Shown one piece after another: positions 47,407 through 56,987 of a stretch of 64,000 bases of DNA. The notes beneath the pieces are model-generated. The model was not told the origin of the DNA and made no database searches. It saw only the letters and a list, made by a program, of their open reading frames with translations. Position numbers and translations under genes: made by a program. Positions within the stretch are counted from its first letter, which is position 1, and every line of letters begins with the position of its first letter. The DNA comes from Rhodothermales bacterium (GTDB lineage: Bacteria; Bacteroidota; Rhodothermia; Rhodothermales; JAHQVL01), in NCBI GenBank assembly GCA_034439735.1, contig JAWXAX010000076.1, forward strand, positions 536 through 64,535, written 5' to 3'.

Positions 47407-48534
47407 TCAGGCGTAGGTATTCAGCATCACCGGCATGATCAGCATGAGCAGATCTTCGCCTTCGCGTTGTTCGAGGGGGGTGACGATGCCGGCGCGATTG
47501 GGTGTACTCAACTCAAAAACGATGTCGTCCGCGGCGATGTGTCCGAGCACGTCGGTCAGGTAGATGGCATTAAAGCCGATCACCATCGGATCGCCACTAT
47601 ATTCGCATAAGACCGTTTCGCGCGCTTCGCTGGAGCGTTCGATGTCTTCGGCCGAGATCTCCAGGCGGTTCGCATCGAGTGAGAGCCGGATCTGGTTCGT
47701 CATGCTGGACGAATAGAGGCCGACGCGTTTGACGGCGGCGAGCATCGCATCGCGGTTGATGACGAGGCGGCGGTCGTTTTCTATCGGGATGACCGCCTCG
47801 TAGTTCGGGTAGTTTTCGTCGACGAGCCGAGTGAGCACTTGTCCGGTGCCCAGGTCGAACGCGGCATAACTGTCGTCCACGGCAATCGTGCAGGCTTCGT
47901 CGCCGACTACGCGGGCGGCGAGGGCCAGGGCTTTTTCGGGGACGATAAAGTTTTTAGGTTGCTCGCTGGTGACATCGTCCATCGTGAGGCGGACGAGGCG
48001 GTGGCCATCGGTGGACACCATGCGGCTGTTTTCCGGTTTGACCTGGAAGTAGATGCCCATCATGGCCGGCCGCAGGGCGTCCTTGCTGACGGCGAAGCTG
48101 GCGATCTGGATGGCGCGTCGAAGGACCGCGCCGGCGAGTTCGATGGTGTGTTTGTGGGAGATCTCCGGCAGGGCCGGGTAATCGGCGCCATCGAATCCGA
48201 CCATTTTATAGACGCCCTGATCCGTCTTTAATGTAATGTGGAATTCCTCGTCGGCGGTAAAGGAAATGGGCAGCGAGGGGAGGGCGCGGAGCGTATCGAG
48301 CAGGCGCTTGGCCGGCACGGCGATGCGGCTACGACCGGGAAACGCGGCGTCGAAATGCACCGGAAGCGACTGGACGATCGAGATCTCGAGGTCTGTTGCG
48401 GTCAGCTTCAGCCGACCTTCTTCCTGTGTAAACAGGATACATTCCAGCACGGGCAGCGTGCTCTTCGTCGGGACAGCGCCGCCCACGGTGGTGAGCGCTT
48501 TCAACAGGTCGGCACTCGATGCGGTGAACTTCAT
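47407..48534 (-). CDS. dnaN: DNA polymerase III subunit beta
   Basis: ATG at 48534 (MKFTASSADLLKALTTVGG...). Three-domain clamp length. Directly downstream of dnaA. Confidence 0.95.
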   Translation of the reverse strand: MKFTASSADLLKALTTVGGAVPTKSTLPVLECILFTQEEGRLKLTATDLEISIVQSLPVHFDAAFPGRSRIAVPAKRLLDTLRALPSLPISFTADEEFHITLKTDQGVYKMVGFDGADYPALPEISHKHTIELAGAVLRRAIQIASFAVSKDALRPAMMGIYFQVKPENSRMVSTDGHRLVRLTMDDVTSEQPKNFIVPEKALALAARVVGDEACTIAVDDSYAAFDLGTGQVLTRLVDENYPNYEAVIPIENDRRLVINRDAMLAAVKRVGLYSSSMTNQIRLSLDANRLEISAEDIERSSEARETVLCEYSGDPMVIGFNAIYLTDVLGHIAADDIVFELSTPNRAGIVTPLEQREGEDLLMLIMPVMLNTYA

Positions 48535-48715
48535 GATCCGGGTAGCTAATGAAGGGACGGAATTCGATGTCAAATCTACGCGCTGGAGAGGGGCTTGTCC
48601 ATCCCCGGGAATCGCGAACCGGGGGTAAGGCTATATAAATAGCGCCAGGGATATAGCGGTGTGCACGGCAACGATCCGGGATCGAGAAGGTTTCGAGCCG
48701 GGATCGTTGCGTGGG

Positions 48716-50266
48716 TTATCGGCTACGCACGTCGAGCCGTTGCCGGATTTCGTTCATAATGCCGGCGAACTTCGGGTTGGTATCGATCTGGTTCTCGACA
48801 CTCTGATTCGCATGAATCACCGTCGAATGATCTCGCCCACCGAAATACAGGCCGATGGTCTTGAGGGAGTGCTGGGTCAATTCCTTGCTGAAGTACATGG
48901 CGACCTGGCGGGCCTGGACGACTTCGCGTTTCCGAGTTTTGCCGCGCACGAGGTCTTCCGTGATCTCGAAGTACTCGCAGCAGATACGCTGGATTTCATC
49001 GATCGTCAGGTTGATGCGCGTGTCTTTGATGAGGTCTTTCAGCATCTCGCGCGCGAGGGGCAGGTCGATCTCACGGTTATGCAGGGTGGCATGCGCCAGG
49101 AGGCGGATGAGCGCCCCTTCCAGTTCGCGTATGTTGCTTTTAACATGGTGCGCGACGAACTCGACCACGTCGCGGGCGACCTGGATGCCGTCGTCTTCGG
49201 CGCGTCGTTGCAGGATGGCGATGCGTGTTTCGAACTCGGGCGGCTGGACGTCCGCCGTGAGGCCCCACTGGAAGCGGGAGAGCAAGCGCTCCTCAATGCC
49301 CGGGATATCGCGGGGTGGGCGATCGGCGGACAGGATGATCTGCTTGCCGGACTGGTGCAGGGTGTTGAATATGTGGAAGAACTCTTCCTGCGTTTTCTCT
49401 TTTCCGCCGAAGAACTGCACGTCGTCCACGATGAGCAGGTCGATCTGGCGGTAAAAAAGGGAGAACTCGCTCACCCGGTTGTTCTGGATGGCCTGGACGA
49501 ATTCGTTCGTAAACCGTTCGCTGGAGATGTAGAGGACCGAGCGGGCGTTGTGGTTCGCGAGGGCATAGTTTCCGATGGCCTGGATCAGATGCGTCTTTCC
49601 AAGCCCGACGCCTCCGTAGATCATGAACGGGTTGAAGCTCGTGGCGCCCGGCTGCTGGCCGATCGCGAGCGAGGCGCTGCGGGCCAGGCGGTTGCAGTCG
49701 CCTTCGATGAACCGCTCAAAGGTGTACGAGGGGTTGAGGTTACTCTCGACCGGCGCCGGCTTGATGCCCGGGATGATAAAGGGGTTGGAGAACGGGCCAG
49801 GTTTAGCGGGCGGGGGCGGGCTGAACCGCGGGCCTGCCGTTTGCCCGTTCGTGACGCCGGCCGTGTCAAACGACGGATGCGGAGCGGTGGGCGAGGACCG
49901 GCTGGGGGGGCGGTTCGGCGACACAGGCGCGGGTTCGGCGTCCGCCTGCCGCGCGGCTACCTGCATCGACGAGCCTTCGTGCCCCGTCTCGGCATCTTCC
50001 TTTTCGATCACGACATTGTAGATCAGGCGGCCCTGCGGCCCTACGACCTTGACTATCGTTCTGCGAAGGAGCGCATAGTAGTGCTCTTCGAGCCACTCAT
50101 AATAAAATCGGCTCGGAAGCTGGATAGTTAGCTTCCGTTGGCCATCTTCCTCCAGGAGGCTCAGTGCCTTGAGCGGCTCGAACCAGGTTTTGAAGCTCTG
50201 CCGGCTGACGTTGTCTCGTATGATATCGAGACACGTTTGCCAGACTTGATTGGCCGATAGTTCCAT
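48716..50266 (-). CDS. dnaA: chromosomal replication initiator protein DnaA
   Basis: 516 aa. Walker A GGVGLGKTHL, IDLLIVDDVQFF, C-terminal DNA-binding REVVQARQVAMYFSKELT...GGRDHSTV. Confidence 0.97.
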   Translation of the reverse strand: MELSANQVWQTCLDIIRDNVSRQSFKTWFEPLKALSLLEEDGQRKLTIQLPSRFYYEWLEEHYYALLRRTIVKVVGPQGRLIYNVVIEKEDAETGHEGSSMQVAARQADAEPAPVSPNRPPSRSSPTAPHPSFDTAGVTNGQTAGPRFSPPPPAKPGPFSNPFIIPGIKPAPVESNLNPSYTFERFIEGDCNRLARSASLAIGQQPGATSFNPFMIYGGVGLGKTHLIQAIGNYALANHNARSVLYISSERFTNEFVQAIQNNRVSEFSLFYRQIDLLIVDDVQFFGGKEKTQEEFFHIFNTLHQSGKQIILSADRPPRDIPGIEERLLSRFQWGLTADVQPPEFETRIAILQRRAEDDGIQVARDVVEFVAHHVKSNIRELEGALIRLLAHATLHNREIDLPLAREMLKDLIKDTRINLTIDEIQRICCEYFEITEDLVRGKTRKREVVQARQVAMYFSKELTQHSLKTIGLYFGGRDHSTVIHANQSVENQIDTNPKFAGIMNEIRQRLDVRSR

Positions 50267-50510
50267 ACGCGTGGACTGGCAGTATCAAAGCGTACCGGCG
50301 TATACACGAGCGAGCGCGTACGACCGGTTTCATGGGTGGATGATGCTTTTCCCGGATAGGCCAGATACCTCAAGACGGCGAAGCCGACACAAGGACAACA
50401 GATGGAATGCGTCCGCCGCAAGGACGTGCGGCATAGATATGCACTACTTATTCACACAGGCCCGGACACAACCCTGCGCCACGGTACGACTGGTTCGCCC
50501 AAATTCTGTA

Positions 50511-50533
50511 CTTGTTGACAAGTTATCAACAAG
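50511..50533. promoter_or_regulatory. 8-bp inverted repeat CTTGTTGA-N7-TCAACAAG upstream of dnaA (contains TTGACA and the DnaA-box-like TTATCAACA)
   Basis: Read directly. TTATCAACA lies at 50523-50531. About 245 nt upstream of the dnaA start. Confidence 0.5.
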
Positions 50534-50903
50534 GGCACATGCGCCACCAGGCGCAAAAATCACAGATACATTCGCCGGGTGTGTCATTTAGTATACACAC
50601 GCAGGCACGAAGCTACCCTCCGCCCATAATGGTGATGGCGTTGGCGCGCCCTCATTCATCCGGGTGTACACATGTTGTGCACAGAGCGGCCTAACGTCGT
50701 AGGGCATCGGGTCAAAACCGGGCGTGCTGCAGTGTGTCGCCGGTTAGGGTACCCGATGCAGGCGTGCACAGGTTCGCGCTTGACCGTCGATACATGCTGC
50801 GGATGTATGCTCGGTATCGCCTGCGCGGGGCCTGTGAGTGGCGTCGTGAGGCAGGGCCTCGGTATAGTGCCGTAACTAAAAGCGTGGTTAGTAACGGAGC
50901 TGG

Positions 50904-50940
50904 AATCGTGTGACAAAATCGTGTGACAGAATCGTGTGCG
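50904..50940. repeat. 3 x 13-bp direct repeat (AATCGTGTGACAa / AATCGTGTGACAg / AATCGTGTGCG)
   Basis: Read directly in the gene-free dnaA-yceD spacer. Confidence 0.85.
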
Positions 50941-51180
50941 TAGGCACGTCGATGCATTCCCCTACCTGGGATTTTATGGTAACCATAATGGCCGGTAACG
51001 TCAAGCAAGTGGTCCTGGTTTTTTGGCTTCAAGCGGTAACGAAGTTGCAAACCGCTAGATGGCATTTTTAGAAAGTTCACGGGCTTTTTGGGCGAAATAT
51101 GGAAACCTTCTGTAGGGGTAGGGATTAAAGCCAAGCTGTATCAGTGCCACAGCGTCCCGTGTGTTTGTACGGCGTCAACC

Positions 51181-51222
51181 GTGCCGGTGACAGGGTGCCG
51201 GTGACAGCGTGCCGGTGACAGG
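51181..51222. repeat. 3 x 14-bp perfect tandem repeat (GTGCCGGTGACAG[G/C])
   Basis: 51181-51194, 51195-51208, 51209-51222. Followed by TACAAT at 51225-51230 and the yceD ATG at 51278. Confidence 0.9.
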
Positions 51223-51277
51223 GGTACAATACAGGTAGTGCCTCTTGTAACCCGACGTACTGAAAGGGGTCAGCGTC

Positions 51278-51775
51278 ATGGTTCGAATTGATCTCAAGCC
51301 GTTAAAAAGCGGCCCGCACGAGTTCGACAGGGAGCCTGAGCCGGAATCGCTCGGGCTGGATCCTGCCGTCTTTAGCGACATTCGGCTCCATGTGCGCCTT
51401 GATGTGCAGCCCGAGAACGTGTTTGTGCGTCTGACGGCCAGCGGGGTGGCGACACTGATCTGCGACCGGACCCTCGTTCCCTATGACGAACCGGTGGCGG
51501 GTGATTTTGCGATGCTCTATGTTTTGGGCAGCGGGACCGAGCCGCGGGATGAATCGTTGGACGACGTGATCGAACTCGCTCCTGAAGAGGAGGAGATCGA
51601 CCTTACGGAAGCCGTCCGGGATACGTTGCTGCTGGCGTTGCCGCATCGCCGTGTGGCGCCAGGTGCGGATGCGTTGGAGTTACCGCTGCAATATGGCGCG
51701 CCGGCCGATGATGAGGTGGTGGATCCCCGCTGGGATGCGCTCCGTAATCTTCGGACCGATGACGGCGCCTTGTGA
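51278..51775 (+). CDS. yceD: YceD/DUF177 family protein (large-subunit rRNA accumulation protein)
   Basis: 165 aa. Acidic, with ATLICDRTLVPYDE-like core. Canonical position upstream of rpmF-plsX. Confidence 0.8.
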   Translation: MVRIDLKPLKSGPHEFDREPEPESLGLDPAVFSDIRLHVRLDVQPENVFVRLTASGVATLICDRTLVPYDEPVAGDFAMLYVLGSGTEPRDESLDDVIELAPEEEEIDLTEAVRDTLLLALPHRRVAPGADALELPLQYGAPADDEVVDPRWDALRNLRTDDGAL

Positions 51776-51852
51776 AGCGGTTCGCCGGATCGATCTGGCG
51801 GCCGTCGTACTATGTTTACCCTGTTGATCCCGGTAAATGAGGAATACCTACC

Positions 51853-52044
51853 ATGGCCAATCCAAAACGAAAACACTCGAAAGCCCGCTCGCGTTCGCGC
51901 CGCGCGGTCTATTACAACAGTCTTGTGAAGCCACAGATGGCCGAATGCACCAACTGCGGCAATACCAAGGTACGCCATCGTGCGTGCCCGAGCTGTGGTT
52001 ACTACCGCGGCCGCAAGATCGTCGAAGGCGTCGAAGCGGCGTGA
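51853..52044 (+). CDS. rpmF: 50S ribosomal protein L32
   Basis: MANPKRKHSKARSRSRRA..., CxxC...CxxC zinc ribbon (CTNCGN...CPSCGYY). Confidence 0.95.
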   Translation: MANPKRKHSKARSRSRRAVYYNSLVKPQMAECTNCGNTKVRHRACPSCGYYRGRKIVEGVEAA

Positions 52045-52173
52045 CCTCCCGTCCCTGGAGTCCTGGTCTTTTTGCGCTTTTTGCAGCGAACCAGTATTCT
52101 TAAGGCCTTCCCGTCACGGCGTGCAGGCATGAATCGGTGCCCTGTGCGGTTTAGCTAGATAATCGGACATTAC

Positions 52174-53184
52174 ATGGCTATTCGAGTTGCAGTGGATGCG
52201 ATGGGGGGAGATCATGCCCCATCCGTGGTTGTTCGAGGGGTCGTGCAAGCATTGCAACGGGCCGAGGGCCAGTTGGAGATTCTGCTGGTTGGCCCGGAAG
52301 CCATCGTAGCCGAGGAGATGCAACGCTGCGGAAATTGTGAGGGGCTGCCGATCAGGATCGTAGACGCACCGGAGGTAATCGGGATGGGCGAGCAGCCGGC
52401 ATCGGCTGTGAAGAACAAGCCGAAGTCGTCGATCCATATCGGGCTCAAGGCCCAGAAAGAGGGGCTGGCGGATGCGTTCATCAGTGCCGGCAATACGGGG
52501 GCGGTCATGGCCGCATCCTTGTTTATCCTGGGGCGGCTTCCCAACGTGGCGCGCCCCACATTGCTCGGGTTTATCCCTACCACCAAAGGGAAACACACGA
52601 TTAGCGTCGACATGGGGACGAACGTCGACTGCAAGCCCGAGCACCTCGTCCAGTTCGCGCAGATGGGTTCCATCTTTGTCGAGCAGGTACTGCAACGCCC
52701 CCGCCCCACCGTCGCCCTGATGAACATCGGCGAGGAGCCGGGCAAAGGCAACGAGCAGGCCAAAGCCGCCTACGAGCTGCTCAAAGTGGATGGGTCGATC
52801 AATTTCATCGGCAACATCGAGGGGCGGGACCTGCTCAATTATGCGGCCGACGTCGTTGTATTCGATGGCTTTGTCGGCAACATCGTGCTGAAGTTTGGTG
52901 AGAGCTGCATGACGACCGTGTTATCCACCATGGTCGCTGAAGAGATGGAACGTCTTCAATTTTCGCCGGAGCAGCGCCAACTCGTCAAGACGCTACTGGG
53001 CAGTATCCAGAAGCGATTCAACTACGAGGAATACGGCGGCGCGCCCCTGTTGGGCATTGCCGGCAATGTGTTGATCGGACACGGCAGCTCTACCCCACGC
53101 GCCATCGAGCAGCTGATCGTGACCGCTTCTCGTATCGTCAATCAACATCTGTCCGATCGGCTCTCCGAGAACTTCAGCGACTGA
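52174..53184 (+). CDS. plsX: phosphate acyltransferase PlsX
   Basis: 336 aa. IAVDAMGGDHAP, SAGNTGA, GHGSS motifs. Confidence 0.95.
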   Translation: MAIRVAVDAMGGDHAPSVVVRGVVQALQRAEGQLEILLVGPEAIVAEEMQRCGNCEGLPIRIVDAPEVIGMGEQPASAVKNKPKSSIHIGLKAQKEGLADAFISAGNTGAVMAASLFILGRLPNVARPTLLGFIPTTKGKHTISVDMGTNVDCKPEHLVQFAQMGSIFVEQVLQRPRPTVALMNIGEEPGKGNEQAKAAYELLKVDGSINFIGNIEGRDLLNYAADVVVFDGFVGNIVLKFGESCMTTVLSTMVAEEMERLQFSPEQRQLVKTLLGSIQKRFNYEEYGGAPLLGIAGNVLIGHGSSTPRAIEQLIVTASRIVNQHLSDRLSENFSD

Positions 53185-53223
53185 CTCGATCTCTGTTATC
53201 CTATTTCGTTAGCCGTGTTGTCC

Positions 53224-54258
53224 ATGTTTAAGGCTGCTATTACCGCCGTCGGTCATTACCTCCCCTCGTATCGGTTGACCAACGCCGAACTGGAACGTAT
53301 GGTAGATACTACCGACGAGTGGATCGTGTCGCGGACGGGTATCCGTGAACGGCGCATCCTGAAGGAAGAAGGTAAGGCCACCGCGTTTATGGCTTCGGAG
53401 GCGGCGCGTGAGGCGCTGCGGAAACGCGGGATCACGGCCGACGAAGTCGAACTCATCATCGTCGCGACCGTCACTCCGGACATGGTGTTTCCGGCGACGG
53501 CCTGTCTCGTCCAGGCGCAAATCGGAGCATCGAAGGCCTGGGGTTTCGACCTTTCAGCGGCGTGCAGCGGATTTTTGTTCGCCCTGTCCGCCGGCGCATC
53601 CTTTATCACGTCCGGCAAGCATAAAAAGGTGCTGGTGATCGGCGCGGACAAAATGTCCAGCATCGTCGATTATACCGACCGCACCACCTGTGTCCTGTTC
53701 GGCGACGGCGCCGGCGCGGTACTGCTCGAAGCCGATACCGAGGGGTATGGCGTCCTGGACACGATCGAGTACATGGATGGCTCGAACTCGTCGGCCCTGT
53801 GTATGGTTGCCGGCGGTAGCCTCCACCCCGCCTCCCACCAGACCGTCGACGCCCGGCAACACTACGCCTACCAGGATGGCAAGACGGTGTTTAAATATGC
53901 CGTGACGGGGATGGCCGATGTAGCCGAAGAGATCATGAAACGTAATGAACTCACCGGCGACGAAGTCCGCTTCCTGGTCCCCCACCAGGCCAACCAGCGC
54001 ATCATCGACGCCACGGCGCGGCGTATGGGCGTGGACAATGAGAAGGTGATGCTCAACATCGAGCGGTACGGCAATACGACCGCCGCCACGATTCCACTGT
54101 GCCTGTACGACTGGGAGGCCGACCTCAAGAAGGGTGACAACATCATCCTGACCGCCTTTGGGGGCGGCTTCACCTGGGGCGCCGCGTACGTTCGATGGGC
54201 CTACGATGGGGCGACCGTTCGCGCCGAGGCCAGCGCCGCCGCGGGCGCCAACGCTTAA
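53224..54258 (+). CDS. fabH: 3-oxoacyl-ACP synthase III
   Basis: ATG at 53224 ([14 protein letters not shown]). Active-site [27 protein letters not shown]. Confidence 0.95.
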   Translation: MFKAAITAVGHYLPSYRLTNAELERMVDTTDEWIVSRTGIRERRILKEEGKATAFMASEAAREALRKRGITADEVELIIVATVTPDMVFPATACLVQAQIGASKAWGFDLSAACSGFLFALSAGASFITSGKHKKVLVIGADKMSSIVDYTDRTTCVLFGDGAGAVLLEADTEGYGVLDTIEYMDGSNSSALCMVAGGSLHPASHQTVDARQHYAYQDGKTVFKYAVTGMADVAEEIMKRNELTGDEVRFLVPHQANQRIIDATARRMGVDNEKVMLNIERYGNTTAATIPLCLYDWEADLKKGDNIILTAFGGGFTWGAAYVRWAYDGATVRAEASAAAGANA

Positions 54259-54270
54259 CTCGATCCGATC

Positions 54271-55020
54271 ATGTCGTTCGACTTCAAGGGCAAGAACATT
54301 CTCGTTACGGGCGGTACGCGCGGCATCGGCCGGGCGATGGCAGGAGCCTTCGCCGCCGCCGGCGCTCGGGTCGCGTTCACTTTTCGCTCTTCCGCCGAAC
54401 AGGCTGAATCCTTCCGCGCCGAGCTCGAACAAAACGGCGGGCAGGCCCTTGCCTTCCAGGTCGACGCCGCCTCCTTCGACGACGCCCAGAAAACGGTCGA
54501 TGCCGTCGTTTCGGCGTGGGGATCCATCGACGTGCTCGTCAACAACGCCGGCATCACACGCGACGGGTTGATGATCCGCATGAGCGAATCGGACTGGGAT
54601 GCCGTGATCGACACGAACCTGAAGAGCGTGTTTAATTACGCCAAAGCGGCCTACCGGCCCATGATGAAGCAGCGCTCCGGTAAGATCATCAACATTTCTT
54701 CGGTGGTCGGCGTTACAGGAAATGCCGGACAGGCCAACTACGCGGCCTCAAAAGCCGGCATCATCGGGTTCTCGAAAAGCCTGGCCAAGGAACTCGGCAA
54801 ACGCGGCGTCACGGTCAATGTGGTGGCCCCCGGCTATGTGGATACCGATATGACGGCCGAACTATCGGAAAAAGCACGCGAGGAGCTCACTAACCAGATC
54901 CCCCTGGGGCGCACCGCGCGCCCGGAAGAAATCGCAGACGCCGTTCTCTTTCTGGCTTCTCCTCAGGCCGACTATATTACCGGACAGGTCCTCCTCGTCG
55001 ATGGCGGGCTGGCGATGTGA
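54271..55020 (+). CDS. fabG: 3-oxoacyl-ACP reductase
   Basis: 249 aa. TGGTRGIGRA, NNAGI, YAASKAG SDR motifs. Confidence 0.9.
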   Translation: MSFDFKGKNILVTGGTRGIGRAMAGAFAAAGARVAFTFRSSAEQAESFRAELEQNGGQALAFQVDAASFDDAQKTVDAVVSAWGSIDVLVNNAGITRDGLMIRMSESDWDAVIDTNLKSVFNYAKAAYRPMMKQRSGKIINISSVVGVTGNAGQANYAASKAGIIGFSKSLAKELGKRGVTVNVVAPGYVDTDMTAELSEKAREELTNQIPLGRTARPEEIADAVLFLASPQADYITGQVLLVDGGLAM

Positions 55021-55200
55021 ACGGTCCTGCCCTATACTGTCCCCTGATTTTCTACTATCTTACCGAGTCTGGTCGGTGCGCGTTCGACGCCTACCGGGCT
55101 TCTCCATTCGCGTATTTCGAACGACCGCCCGTCTGAAACGACAGTAAGACGCTTGTATCGTGTACCCTCCGGCGACCTGAGGGGAATAGTTTGATGACAT

Positions 55201-56982
55201 ATGGTTTCTGAAGAATCGGATAAACCCGCGTTTACCCAGGTAATCGACCTGACGTCCAGGGCTCAGCAGAACGCCCGTGAGGAACGCACTGTCGCCACCC
55301 TGCAAGAACCCGACCCGGCACTGCCTCGTGCCACCATCGATACGCTGTCCGACACGATCCGACGCGCCGTGATCTCCGCCGGCTGGAACAGCCTGATGCC
55401 GGTGCAGGAGTTGTCGATACCGTACCTCGTCGCCGGCCGCGACATGATCGTCCAATCCCGAACAGGCAGCGGCAAGACGGGCGCCTTCCTCCTTCCGTTG
55501 TTCGAGCGCCTCGATTCCCGCTCGGCCACGACGCAGGCCCTACTCCTCTGCCCGACGCGCGAGCTCGCCCGCCAGATCCATGAGGAGTTCGAGGCCATGC
55601 AGCGCGCCTTCGTCGATGACGAATACCGGCTCGAATCGGCCCTGGTCTACGGCGGCGTCAAGTACAAATCCCAGAACACGTCGCTTAAAGGCGGCGCCCA
55701 GGTGGTCATTGGTACGCCCGGTCGTATCCTCGACCACCTCGAGCGCCGCACGTTTACGCTGGACGATCTCAAGGTGCTCGTGCTCGATGAGGCGGACGAA
55801 ATGCTTTCGATGGGGTTTTACCCCGCGATGAAGCAACTGCGTCGCTACCTGCCGGCCAGCCGTAATTCGTACATGTTCAGCGCGACGATGCCGCCCAAAG
55901 TGCGGTCGCTGGCCCAGGACTTTCTGCGCGACCCCGGCTTCCTCTCGTTGAGTTCTGGACAGATCGGCGTAGACAGCATCGAACATCGGTATTATGTGGC
56001 CAGCCCGATGGAAAAAGACCGCGTGTTGGTCCGCATCATCGAGATGGAAAACCCGGATTCGGCCATCATCTTCGCCAATACGAAACGCGACGTGGAGTAC
56101 CTCGCCAAGTTCTTGCGCAACTTCGGGTACGACGCAAGTGAGATTTCAGGGGATCTGGACCAGCGCGCTCGCGAGAAGGTGATGGATCGGATCCGAAAAG
56201 GCGATCTGCGTTATCTGGTCGCCACGGATGTGGCGGCGCGCGGCATCGATATCTCCGATCTGAGCCACGTCTTTATGTACGACGTGCCGCAGGACCCCGA
56301 GTACTATATCCATCGGTCGGGCCGGACCGCTCGCGCCGGCAAGACGGGCACCGCGATCGTCGTGACGACGGCGACGGAGAAAAACGGCCTGCTCCGCATC
56401 ACCAAAAAATATGGGGTGGATACGCAGCAGCACGAGGTGCCGAGCTCCGAGGACGTGGAGGTCCGCGTGGCCGAGCGCATGACGATTGTACTCGAAGAGC
56501 GGATGCGCGAGAAGACCGACTATGCGCGGGAGCACCTGGGTTATTTCGTCCCGCTGGTCGAGCGGCTTTCGGCGGAAAAGCCGACGCTGCTCAGCATCCT
56601 GGTGGACGACGTGTACCTGGCGCACTCGCTCGGCCGGCTCGCCGAGCCCGAAGAGATTCCTGAGGACGCGCGTGGATCCAACGAAGAACTCATGGAGGAT
56701 CGGCTCGAAGCACACCTCAAGGGTAAATCCAACCTGACCCGCGTCCGCGGCGAGCGGTTTGTCCCGCTTGTTCAGCAGTTGGTGGCGGAGGAGCCGGAAT
56801 TGCTGGCGATGCTGGTTGACGAGCTAGATTTGGAGCAGGGCGCGTTTGTCTACCGCGAGCCGCCGCCTCCCGAGCCGCGTCGCGACCGCGAAGAGGAGGA
56901 ACGCCTCGCCAGCCGGCGGCCGCCTCGGTCCGGCAGTGGACGCCCGGGGGGCCGTTCGGGTGGCGGTGGGCGTCGACGGTGA
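55201..56982 (+). CDS. DEAD-box ATP-dependent RNA helicase with long C-terminal extension and Arg/Gly-rich tail
   Basis: 593 aa. SRTGSGKTGAF, PTRELARQI, VLDEADEML, SAT, HRSGRTARAG. Tail ...RPGGRSGGGGRRR. Confidence 0.9.
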   Translation: MVSEESDKPAFTQVIDLTSRAQQNAREERTVATLQEPDPALPRATIDTLSDTIRRAVISAGWNSLMPVQELSIPYLVAGRDMIVQSRTGSGKTGAFLLPLFERLDSRSATTQALLLCPTRELARQIHEEFEAMQRAFVDDEYRLESALVYGGVKYKSQNTSLKGGAQVVIGTPGRILDHLERRTFTLDDLKVLVLDEADEMLSMGFYPAMKQLRRYLPASRNSYMFSATMPPKVRSLAQDFLRDPGFLSLSSGQIGVDSIEHRYYVASPMEKDRVLVRIIEMENPDSAIIFANTKRDVEYLAKFLRNFGYDASEISGDLDQRAREKVMDRIRKGDLRYLVATDVAARGIDISDLSHVFMYDVPQDPEYYIHRSGRTARAGKTGTAIVVTTATEKNGLLRITKKYGVDTQQHEVPSSEDVEVRVAERMTIVLEERMREKTDYAREHLGYFVPLVERLSAEKPTLLSILVDDVYLAHSLGRLAEPEEIPEDARGSNEELMEDRLEAHLKGKSNLTRVRGERFVPLVQQLVAEEPELLAMLVDELDLEQGAFVYREPPPPEPRRDREEEERLASRRPPRSGSGRPGGRSGGGGRRR

Positions 56983-56987
56983 TACGT

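Noticed and set aside
48535-48715. dnaA-dnaN spacer as oriC, as in Bacillus and many other bacteria.
   Set aside because: It is only 181 bp. I found no TTATCCACA-like boxes, only a 7-bp inverted repeat GCTATAT/ATATAGC around a short TATATAAATA stretch. It is more likely the dnaN promoter or dnaA terminator.
48659-50131. Very long antisense or alternative-frame ORFs. Examples: 48659..50131 (+) opposite dnaA, 57209..58453 (+) opposite the sulfatase, 41335..42156 (+) opposite tsf, 16868..17617 (-), 2178..3101 (-), 728..1255 (-), 53554..54432 (-), 20219..20944 (-).
   Set aside because: They are typical shadow ORFs of GC-rich DNA. Their composition is Arg/Gly/Pro/His/Val-rich with no recognisable motifs, and each fully overlaps a gene with unambiguous conserved motifs on the other strand or frame.
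50250-51134. ORFs 50250..50591 (+) and 50712..51134 (-) inside the dnaA upstream tract as possible protein genes. rpmH was also looked for.
   Set aside because: Their amino-acid composition is junk-like (Arg/Ser/His/Pro/Thr-rich) with no motifs. No L34-like peptide (MKRTFQP...) could be found in any frame.
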